DNA from: Bugula neritina
Lineage: Eukaryota; Animalia; Bryozoa
Direction of reading: 5' to 3'
Length of the DNA stretch: 64,000 bases
Assembly: GCA_964035545.1 (NCBI GenBank)
Contig: OZ037769.1
Span: forward strand, 12,616,633-12,680,632
The notes under the pieces were generated by a model that was not told the origin of the DNA, did not search any database, and was given only the letters and a program-made list of their open reading frames with translations. The translations under genes were made by a program, and so were the position numbers. Position 1 is the first letter of the stretch, and each line of letters begins with the position of its first letter. This document shows positions 11,292 through 23,000 of this stretch, one piece after another.

Positions 11292-13126
11292 TATTGCCAT
11301 ACCATGATTATGTAACATGTATAAACAACAATTGTTATTGTAAACATCACAGCAATGGCATCAAAATAACACAATCTATAAAACAGATGATGATGCAATT
11401 CTACAATTTAGATATACAGCAGAGGAATTCGTGATTCCTTTTACTATAAAAAAGCTTATTTACGTTATCTTCTGATGTGCATTTTATCAAGCATTTACTA
11501 ACTTTAATCAGCGATTTTACCTTCAAGGACTCTAGATTTATTTATTTTTAGGTCATATAACTAATCAGCTGCTTCTAATTAAAACCTAAAACTTCCCCAG
11601 TTTAAACTATTCCAATAATCAACATTATACTATTACACATGGCTGTAATTATACAGTTGTATAATGTATTCTTGATTACTTTTTTAGTTTATGTACTGCA
11701 AGAGATAAAAACACACGCCAATTACGACAACATAATTAATTATCCACTCTTTTATATATATATTCTTTTTTAATTTTCTTGACGATATTTTATCATAAAA
11801 TCTATAATTTGCTCAATGCTCGACACACTCAACATATCAACCGTTGAAGAGTTTTCAAACACTTCCAATCAAATTTTAGCAAACATCCATAAATAAACAT
11901 TTCTTCCGTGAAAAAGGTCTGCCAAAACTATTTAACAAACGGACACAAATTAATACAATGCCGGATGAATTTAAAATCTTTGAAAGCATTTGTAGAATAA
12001 CTTGCTGTGTTTAGCAACATATTTGATGAATTCAGCAAAGGAAGTTTTTACTCTGATATGAAGTAGTGACTAGAAGTCTAAGCAGCTGTAAAAGTGTTCT
12101 TTGGTTCTGATTAATGGTGTCATCCCACTTAGACGATTTCCAGTTAAACGATATTTATATATTTTAGTGTAATATATGTATTTTATGCTATTATTTAGCA
12201 CATAATAGCAAGCAAAGAAACCACCAGCAAGCCACTTATAACAGTAACAATGCTTTTATAAGAAGCCATCTTGCATACATCTTAAACTTTAAGGTAAAAG
12301 ATAGATAAAATATAATAAGAAAAAGTTGTAATATAGCAGTATGCGATATACTATGAAATGCATTTGTGCATTTTATTCTGTTATTCTGAATATAAAATAA
12401 ACTGTAGCTAAATTAGTATTGAGTTAAAGCAAATAGCTGGCTTGGTACCTTATTTCATGTTTAGCAGTAAATGCGACAGTTATATTTGTATATTACTATA
12501 TATATTGTACCAAAATTAAAAACTCGTTTAAGTGGGATGAAATACACAGTCATTCTTGCAGATGAAGTATCTAAAAGCGATAAGAATTTACTATACAAGG
12601 TCTTAAATTTCAAATATTTCCTGATTCTCAGTCATCAGTTTTATTTGGTAGATAATTTATTGGCTACAATTTATGACGATGGCCTCTTCGTGTGATCCAC
12701 AGACTGCCATATTTGATTATAAACCCGTAAATCCGATCAATAAATATTTTCCAAATTCCAGAGAAGTTTATCCTTTAATTTTCAGTTACCTTTATTAATG
12801 CATGCTTATGTATTGATAAGATAATAAACTTATCAATCTAAGTTATGTAAAGAAAATCAGCTTCATATCATTCTGCATTTGTTCAAAACAGCATAGTAAC
12901 CTTGAGTGTTGTGTTCGCATGCATGCACTGTTCACACCAGCAACTGACTAATTGAAAATATACCAAAAAAGTGTTACAAAAGTCATAACTTCTGAAGACT
13001 GGATGCAGAGTAATTTATACTCTTGAAGATCATACTGACATCTTTGATGAAAAGTGACTTCCTTCAAAAGATTATAAAATACTTGTTAGGCAGACGACTC
13101 GCTCTTGAGAAGCTTAATCCAATACA

Positions 13127-15283
13127 ATGTCAAGGTCACATGATCAAGAGTTGCCAGTAGCCCGTTTCAAAGGGCTAAGAATAAAACAGGAAGAAGAAAC
13201 AGTAACTGATAAACTGAAAAGACTTAGCTCTCGAAGACAAAACACATCTTCCAATAGAAGGGCTAGCGATCGCCAGCGCCACTACTCCGCGCCGGACTTA
13301 TCATTTGGAAGAAACATAGACTTGAGTTTGCTCCAGACAGCTAACAGTGACTTGCCGGAAACCAAGAGCAAAGTACTTGAAAAGTTTAGTAATGAGACTC
13401 TTGTGAGGCCTGTAGGTAAGCGGCACATAGAACACGAATTGTTCTATAAACAGCTCCGAGTTAGGAGTGATTAAGTGCAGTTGTTTGAAATTCAATAAAC
13501 CTCAACTCCAAAATTGAGAATCCCAAACTACTGCACTCAATCACCCGCAACTCGGAGCTGCTTATAGAACAATTCATAGAACACAGACTATAATGTAAAA
13601 GATGTTGTTCCCTTACTAAATACATGTAATCTCGTCTGTGTATAATATGACAGGAACACATGCTGGGGTTGATAGAGCTTAAATATGCTTATCAGTTTTG
13701 TTTTCTGGTGCTATGCTGTGTAAGGGAGTTTGTTACAAAATCACATGCTATGCTATGAAGTACAGAAGTTATGCAAGTCATTAAAGTCTGCTCATTATTA
13801 TAGGGCAACCTGCAGTTGTCTACTTGTAAAAAACTGCCCATTTTACTCTATAGAAACGACATTGTAGCTAAATGGTGACCTTTTCCAACTTTGAGTTTTA
13901 TGCTGTGTGCTGTTTTGATTGCATTTGAAGTACTTCAGAACATTGATTTGAGTTAACGAGGCTGGATGTTAAGAGCTATGATATATTCATATAATGAAAG
14001 GTAACTGTGTTTAAAGAAATAGTATGGAATAGATTGGTGCCTTATCTAGCCTTACTGTTGAGAATATTGGTTTGACTTCGCAGCCGTTCATACTTCTTTA
14101 CCTGTGAAATGGCAGATTGAATAACCAGCTATCTGATAACATCACCTTAGATAAGCAATAACTACATTTATGTAGATCATTTTAGTTATACTCCACTATG
14201 AGGTACAGCACAGCATACACTGTGTATGTGGAAAATATTGAAGTTCCTATAAGGCTTACAGCTTCTCTACTCTATCAGATCTGTGCTTAGAAAACGTATT
14301 AACAGTTGGACAGATAATTTAATATTTGCCCGAAAATGCTTTTAATGTCAGCTCAAACGCCGCATAAAGTTTTACCATTTTCTAAAGTGAAAGTGTGTTT
14401 AAAAATGCCAAAGTAGTAGGAATCATAAAAATATTAACTTTAAATAACCAAAACACTTTCTCTTCTATGGTTTAGAACAGGGCTGTCCAACAGGCGGCCC
14501 CAGGGCCGGATGTGGCCCCCAGCCTAAATTTATGTGGCCTTCAAAAACATACAACTAAAATTATGTTTGACAGTATACATATATTAGAGTGAAAAACCAC
14601 TTTTTAAATATCTTATTTATACACATGCTATAAAACAAGCAGCCTGCATTTATTATTGGAACTTTATTATGCCATGAGTCATAAGAATTTGGAATAAAAC
14701 AATATGAAAATACTGACGTGACCCCCAGCTCAAACTAAAGTTTACAATACGGCCCTCGCCACAAAATATTCATTGCTCTGAGAAGGTTGGATACCCCTGG
14801 TTTAGAAGCTTTGCATGGTAATTGGCCACTCACTCAGCGGTCTCAGCCCTTTCTACATTCCCTTTTGAAGGCGTAGCATTTTGAAAACTTGATAACGTAT
14901 ATCAATAAAAAAAAATCGTTGCATAAAGTTGCTTTATAATGTATCCGGTTAGAGTTATACTTCCATAGTCCTTTGTGAGAATCAATAGAGTTCATGCATT
15001 TATTTTCTCATCTGAATTTTCCCTAGTGAGACGGGCATCTCTAACCACCAGCCCTAATTTAGAGCACATCAACGAGATTGCTGAGGGTATAGAAGATGGT
15101 AAACAGCAGTCTGTGGATTCAACTAAATTAGTTGAAGAAGAAGACATCATTTCAAATTTACCTCCAATCTACGAGAACATGAAGTCCTTACCACCAACTG
15201 CTTCAAGCACACGTCAGATGAGACACATTAGACTGAAACGAGCTACTTCTGGAGATGATACTTCTAGAAGGAAGTCCACCTAG
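13127..15283 (+). CDS. Uncharacterised disordered Ser/Arg-rich protein, 181 aa; exons 13127-13415, 15027-15283
   Basis: ATG ORF, phase-1 G|GTAAG donor and TTTTCCCTAG acceptor give a continuous frame to TAG. Confidence 0.7.
13436..13575. mobile_element. Mutator-like MITE family A with 9-bp TSD
   Basis: TIR GAATTGTTCTATAARCAGCTCCGAGTT; ATAGAACAC on both flanks (13427-13435, 13576-13584). Confidence 0.85.
14478..14799. mobile_element. hAT (Charlie-like) MITE
   Basis: CAGGGCTGTCCAAC...GTTGGATACCCCTG ends; perfect 8-bp TSD GTTTAGAA. Confidence 0.9.
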
Positions 15284-15320
15284 TCGCTAGAGTTTAAAGG
15301 TAAAGTTGTTTAGGATTGTA

Positions 15321-15475
15321 TCATTGCGTTCCACGACTTCGAATGAATGCTCGTACGAATTAGTTTGTGTTTGTGATTTGCATTAACTTATGGTTGCGGT
15401 TTCCTTCGATGTAACTACTTCCACTAGGCAAATGAAAACTCTATTCGCATAATGCAATTGGTGGAAACTCCGTGT
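15321..15475. mobile_element. MITE family B (about 155 bp)
   Basis: Core TTTGCATTAACTTATGG shared with 40521 and, reversed, 44391; TIR CACTGCGTTTCCA. Confidence 0.65.
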
Positions 15476-16233
15476 ATTTAATACTTATATTGGAACTCTT
15501 TTAAAACTGATACTAAAACTTTGTACTTATGGTAACTCTGAGAAAACTGTCTTATCAATGCATAAATTATAGTTTCATGCATGAATGAAGAAGTTACCAA
15601 AATACTTCTATGCTGAGATAAAACTATATACTTACATTAATTTGTAGACTGAGAAACAAGAGCAACATGCAAAAACACAAGCCATATCTTCCAGGGTATT
15701 CTTTAGTACTGAGACTAAAAAGAGAGTTTCAGCAAAAAATATTGTAAATAATTTTATAATTTAAATGCTAACAATTGACTCAAAATTCTTTTGAACAGAT
15801 TAAGCAAGAAAGGACGATTCTTTATTGATGATGCAAACGTTTTCAAATGTTTTATGTGATTTTTGTTTTATGTTCATGTTTTGAATTGCAGCTTTAAAGT
15901 GTCTTTTTTTTTACAAAAGATTATTAATTTTTATAATTTCACTATAATATAACATAATTTTGATAACATTTTCACAAATCAAGATTCTTTCTGCAAACTT
16001 AGAGATGAATAATTGTCAACTGCTTATGTGTAAGACCCTAGATATGAACTCATAAGTTATTTGGAACATTATAAATTAGCTGCTACGACTTGTGACTGAT
16101 AGAATTTTAAGTTTTCTCATTTAAAGGAAGTATAACTTTCTCTAGAACATCATAAAAATATAACCCAATGTCATTATAATGGCAATAGTAATATTTCCTA
16201 AATTTTAAACATTATGCTAATAATCTTATATAT

Positions 16234-16268
<35 letters not shown>

Positions 16269-16544
16269 CATATATAGATATATTAATATTTTATGTTTTT
16301 TCATCAGACTATAACCGAATAAATAAAAGTTTCACAACAATCTATTTTATATGAATGCAAAGTAATTACAAAAAGAAAACAAATACAAATATTTTTTTAC
16401 TGAAAATTTTATTATATAGAAAAAACAGAAAAAATAAACATGATAAAATCATTATTATTTGAATTTCAAAGTTCAAAGAAAAGAAGTATATATTCAAAAT
16501 ATATAGCTATCAACGCTAATAACTTTATTCAGTTTTTTTGGACT

Positions 16545-16642
16545 ATATAACAACTATATAGCAACTATACAGCAACTATATAGCAAATATATAGCAGTTA
16601 TATAACAACTATATAGCAACTATATAGCAACTATACAGCAAC
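16545..16642. repeat. 11-bp tandem repeat (CAACTATATAG)n
   Basis: About 9 visible units; absent from the paralogous region near 26640. Confidence 0.85.
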
Positions 16643-17049
16643 TTTCAATAATAGCAACTGCGTTGTTAGCTTTACTAAATACTTCTGTTATAGTATATAC
16701 TTTGTAGAAGCCATCATATATATGGCTTATATAATGTACATATTATTACAGACAAAAATGAAATAAAGTTACTTAAACATTTTAAGCTAGAGTTTTAAGC
16801 AGCAAGTTTTAGAGGCACATATGAATAAGTGGAAACTGGAAAGTCGTAAAAAAACAATTTTTGCAGAATTTGCAGAAAATATTGAAGCCAAACACAGAAT
16901 AAAACTGCTTTCTTTAATAATTTTTTAGAAAATTGTGCTCAAACTGACAAATAATAAACATTACTTTGATTGAAGCATACAGAAACATTAATTTACTATG
17001 TATTTCACACATATAACATGACACATCTAAGAAATACGTCTACAAAGAT

Positions 17050-20000
17050 TTATCTGCATAGAATTAGAAAGAGTGACATCATAGCCAGCAGTGCTGACTG
17101 ACTCAGGCCACTGGCTGCATTGTCTAAATATTCGTAGTAGTCGAGTATCTCACACTCGTCATAAGAGCCATAACTGACGCACGACCCTGTGCCTTTCTCC
17201 ACGGGGTAGTAGTTCATGAAACCGTAACACATCTCATCCTGTATCAATGCAACTCTGTTTTTTTTGGCTAGTATGACACTTATAATATGCGGAATTATAG
17301 GTTTCATGTTACCATTCTTAAAGCTTCAAAAAATAATTAATTCAGGTTAAAATAATCATTCTAGGGGTTTGGCTAATTGGCCATATGTACAAGATAATAT
17401 TGCCAGCCTTGAATTAAGAATTTCTATACATTTCATGTCAGCAGTACACAAAGCATAACAACATTATTATGCTATTTGAGTCTTAATATTTCTACTGCCA
17501 AGCTGTCTAATGTTGAAGATATAGAAAAAATCTTATTTTAAAAACTTTATCATCAATCTATTATCAAATAATTGAAATAAGAACTTATATTTTTAGTTTG
17601 ATTAAATTTTGAAAAATTTAGAAAATTTACTCTAGTAATTGTCTCTAACATATTGTTTTAAGGCTTTTGGAATATGATTTAGTTAAACAATGCTAACGGA
17701 ATATATACACCAATTCTATAGCTATATATCTTCATATGTTGCTTAACATTATTAAACACACTATTAAATTTTGCATTGTTTATTAAAAACCAGAATCTAA
17801 ATTTCTTGCGCATTTTTAGCAGATCAACTACCGAGTAAAGGCCTGGCCACACACTCGCGAGAATCACACGAAATTGTCTATTTGACACGAAAAAACAATC
17901 GTGCGAGAAAATTTGAGGGAATTCAAACAAAATTGTCTTCGTTAGGTGTACACAACAACGACGATGGACGAAAAATCACAATCAACAATAAGCACCATTT
18001 GATTGGTTAATAGAATTTTAGCAACAGTAATTACCTATTTAATTTCTACCAAGTTTCTCTATTTGCCAATTTTCTGCTGTTTGTATCTTGTGCAAGACTC
18101 ATACACGGACTATTTATTATGTGTTTCATCCGACGAGTGTGTTGCTGGTCATAACGAGAGGATAACTCATGAAAATCGTCACAAGATTTCGTGTGATTAT
18201 CACAAGCGTGAGGCCAGGCCTTTAACAAATGAACGAAGCTGCAGCTCTGTGATATAAGCTCATAACTTACTGAAGTTGCCGCACCATACTTAGTATCTTC
18301 TGATTGGTCTAGACTTTGGAATGTGCATGTTGTGACAATTTTATCATTTGGCTTCAACTCTATTGGTGGATCAAACCTGCAAATAAGCATCAGTTGTGTG
18401 TTTATGTATGCAGATATTTATTGCAATGTTTGATTTTTAATGTTGGAGATCTCAAAGACTTCCATATTAATCCCAACAGCTTTACCACACTTTCCTATGA
18501 TCATGCTGAATGGAGGCAAAACCTTCATACCGGACAGACATTCAACTCAGAGAACAACATCAAGAAACTTATGGCTAGACGTGCAAGACACCAGCACTGA
18601 AGATGCCATGCATTTTCAACACTGACAGAGGCTTGCCTCTCCAATATTGGAGAAGATTTGCATCCACCAGGGATAAAGTATGGGTTTAGAGATTTGCTAG
18701 AGTAAATGTCCATGGTCTATTAGTATTATAATGCATGTAGTCACGTTATAAGATCATTCGGGAAATTGAATTCGATTGTTTTGCTGAAAGTGCAACTAAT
18801 TTCAGAAGACTACGCAATCTAAAATTGAGTGATGGGTAGATTACCACCGCATATCGATTTACCAGTTTGTAGAATTTAGAATTGTCGACTATTGCATTTT
18901 TAGAAATGAGGTTAGAAATTTTCTTTCCCAAAAGTTGTTTGTATGTCAATTTACTTAGCAACTTGAGATAGAAACCTAAACATACTCAGTAAACACAGGC
19001 AGGTCATAGCTGTACGAGGCCACGTCAAACCAGGTGTTGATAACTTCACCATTTCTATAGTGTTCTATCTTTCCCTTTGCACCTGCAACATTTTATACCA
19101 AAGCAATCATATTTAGAAATGCTTTACCCACATTAGTTTAAAGTTTTGTTATGCATATGGATCTAAATATATAGTTGTTTGGCCGTATGTGTGCTACATT
19201 ACGCGCAACATTGATACAATTCTAGTTGAATTTACTCATTTAATAAAATGATAAACCTTTTTTAAATACTTAAACAGTTGGACAATAAACAACTTTTAAT
19301 TTGATCAATAAAAGCATTAAATTTTGATTAATAACTTAAACAAAGAAAGAGCAGGGTAACAAAATTAACTATATGCATATATAATGCGGTTTGACTTACC
19401 AAGATAGTGCATATGCACATGGGCACTTGTGATATAAATGGAATCAGTTAGTTTTCTCTTGAGACAAGACTCGGGGCAAGTTCCAGTAACAGTGTAAGCC
19501 GACTCCTTTGGGGGAATAACAAAATCTTCCTGACCAGTGAGCAAATAACCCATGTTGTACTTACGCAGGTTTGGCGTGAGATAGAACGTCATTCCAGATG
19601 AGTCACTGGAGAGAAACATACTTGCAATCATTGTCTGCTAGAATATTAGTATTAAAATATGTGAAAATTATGTGGGTAATTAAAATTTAAAATTAGATAA
19701 CTATCTTAAAAAGTCTATATAAAGATATAATTAAGTTTTAATTTAAACATGATGGTATTTAATAATTAGTTATTTACATAGTGTAGAATAGTTAAATATA
19801 TTGAAAAGGTAAGTCTTAACCTACCATCATATGCTTTAATAAACAATTAGAATATTAAATATAGTTATATTTATAATGACAGAACCAACATTTGTGGTTA
19901 AAAAAATGGATTTGAAAAATTGAAAACGACAGATTCAACAGTAGGCTATAATAGATAAGGTTCTGCCTAAGAATGCAATATAAATGAGAGTGTAGCATGT

Positions 20001-23000
20001 GTTCTTACTAATAATCCGCCACCAGCAGAGGGTTGTTCCAGTGCTGCTCCACAATAATATACGTGTAGTGACCTTTACCGACAAGGAACCCTCTATCACT
20101 GGTCTGACATTCACCCGCTGATCCAACAGTCCAGCCTCCAAGCATATCCTCGCAATCTTCATTGTACATTCCACATTCTACTGGCCCGTCAAAACCTTCT
20201 GTCAAACATAGACGAGGCACATATTAAGAAAACTACTTAACAGAAATAGCGCTCTGAAGATAAATATTGCAGGTGATTAAATTAGTGATTTCAAACTTTC
20301 TTTTTTAGACACCATCTATTGATCTTTGGAGAATCATTTCAATCAGAGGTAGGTGCAGTAATGAAGAAGTTAAGAAAAGCCTATGTTCTAGATTAGAAAT
20401 TTAGCGCAAGAAGTTATGTTCTCACAAAAACTTTAACCCGCACGCCCCAACCAAAATTTAATAAAGAAATAAAAGAACTTGGGCTATCTCAATTTCTCCA
20501 CATCTGTTCCTAAGTGTTCAGTCAATGATGACTGCAGTAAGTATTACACAGGTTTTAGGATCATGCGAAGGGATTGTAGCACGTTGCTTTGTTTTATAGA
20601 GAAACACTAAATATTGCCAGATATCTAATTAATGATTTTCCGGCACTATTTGTGGCTCCTCATTCAATTATTTCTACCATTTTGTACCACTATACAAAAA
20701 TATTGTAACAAGTTGCTTAGTAAAATTACTGTTCTATAGAAGAAGAAGTCGTAACTTATTTAAAGTCACATATTCAGAGCAGCCCCAAATTTCTTTGAAT
20801 AACCTTGGTACCCTGACTTACCAATTTTTGTTTTGCACCCATAAACTATAGTGTGATGCATAACATAGGCATTGTCTATGACAGGTTTCACTGCAAAAAG
20901 ATGGTACTCCTTGTCAGATGGCAAAGAGAATCCCTGGCACATGTATGTAGTCTCCTGTGTAGGTACTTTTGTATTGTCTAGTCTCACCGTATGAGCCACA
21001 GTGTCTGGTTAAATAGTAAAATTAAACAAATAAATGTAAGAATATATAAGGCTGTATTGGGTCAAAAAATCACATACCTAACTGTACAATCTGTTTTGTG
21101 AGCTTGAGGTAGGTGCAGTAATCAAGAAATGAAAAAAGCCTGTGTTCTAGATTAGAAATGTAGGAAAAGAAGTTATGTTCTCATAAGAATTTTGTCCCAC
21201 ACCCTAAACCAAAGTTTAATAAAGAAATTATAGAGCATAGGCCATTTCAGTTTCCCCCCTATGCTGCTCCTGAATGGGGAGCATGAACTAAATAAGCGCA
21301 TACAAAATAGCTGATTGAAGAAAATAAAAATTTGTGAATTATTTCTATATTTTCCATCTGAAAGTTGCGTCAGGTTGTAAAGACATACAATAACTTACCT
21401 TGGTCATCCACACCTTCACACCAGAAGTCATCTCCCTCTGAACAATCTATTTCCCATGCATTTTTCGCCTTACAATCATCTGAGTCAGTCGGCTCGCATA
21501 TTCCAGGGTGAGTTATGTTTTCTGTTCTTGAAGGAGTGTCACCTGGAGAGGAAGCAGAAACATTAGAATGACTTTAGTATAGACAGAGACATAACTCTCT
21601 TGAGTTGAACTTTGACCTTTGACATGAAACTCCGACTTTGAACTTTGACCTTTTGAAATTTACTGCTTCTATGAGTTTCAATCATGATTTTGTCTTACTG
21701 CAGTCTGCCTAAAATAAAATGTTAAGTAACATAGCGCGTTTTTTAAAAGAAAATGGTTTTGCAGCGTTTTAGTGAAAAAATGCTATGGGAGTTTCGCCTG
21801 TGGATGGGCTGCTTTGGTAGCTTCAGAATTGAAACTACTTCTAGCATTGACTAAAATACTTAGTGCTTATTTTATTTTAAAAGTGACTGCAAAATCGATA
21901 AGTAGAAAAACTTGTTGTATTTGATTGATATTAGGAAATTTATAATATGCAACTTTTTAGGCAGCCAATGCTGTCCACCTTTGCAACAGGCAGTCGCTTA
22001 ACATGAACATATTATATAAGAGCTGAGCAAAATATATAATATAAGATAACACTTAAACTTAATTACAGCAAAGTATAGTGAAATATATAGATTCAACATA
22101 ACATAGAAATAATACAGCAGACACATATAGGTTAGGGATGTACGTATGTACATATGCATTGGGGGGGGGGTTTAGGCAGCCTACCTGTGGTCCAGGTACA
22201 AGATGGATCTCCGAGTTCCTCGCCATTAGTTCTACCATCTCCATCTGAATCATCTTGACAGAGGACATTGGTCCAGGTCTGGAACCAGAAACATTAGTGA
22301 AGTAAAGTCACTCACTAACTTCAGCTTTATCAAAGAATCAATTAAGCCTCAAAAGATGCTTTTAATTCAACTATAGCCACTAGTGGCTAGTCACACAAGA
22401 CTCCTACAAATTTATAGTCGCTATCCCTATGAGAAAACCCTGATGGAAAGGGTTTTTTGTTAATTCGGGCTAAGGACTTCGTTCGATGGGGCACAGGAGC
22501 TATTATGACTGCATGGATGCTCTTCCTAACATTACCGATGGCCTTAATTTACAGGGAATCGAACCAATGACTTCATGAATACTAAGCAAGCGGTCTAACC
22601 CTTAGACTATGTTTAATTCAACTGGTCATTAGGGTTGCTAGTCAACACAATTAAGAAACTGATGATATGCAGGTCATATACACCGGCTTTCCATGGACCG
22701 ATCTCAGATCGATCTCGGCGAGATCGATCCATGGAAAGACGCCAAAGATCGATCTCAGTCGATCTGAGCTGGTCGGTCTGTGGAGCTCGAACTCAGATCG
22801 ATCTCATGTCAATAAGACCATGGAAAGACGCCAGATCGATCTGAGAAGCAGAAAAAGACTGCACGCTACAATGTTGTCTGCTAATAAAAATGATAACTCG
22901 TTGATAATTACTAAGCAAAGTATTAAATAATTATGATAGCCACCTTTTTAGATGCCAAAACTTTGACTTTCAGTACAATGATTAAGAAAACTCAATTATA

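Noticed and set aside
11770-11960. Possible decayed L1/Tx1 LINE C-terminus on the minus strand (HCINLCPFVK*FWQ)
   Set aside because: Too short and frameshifted to support without a search
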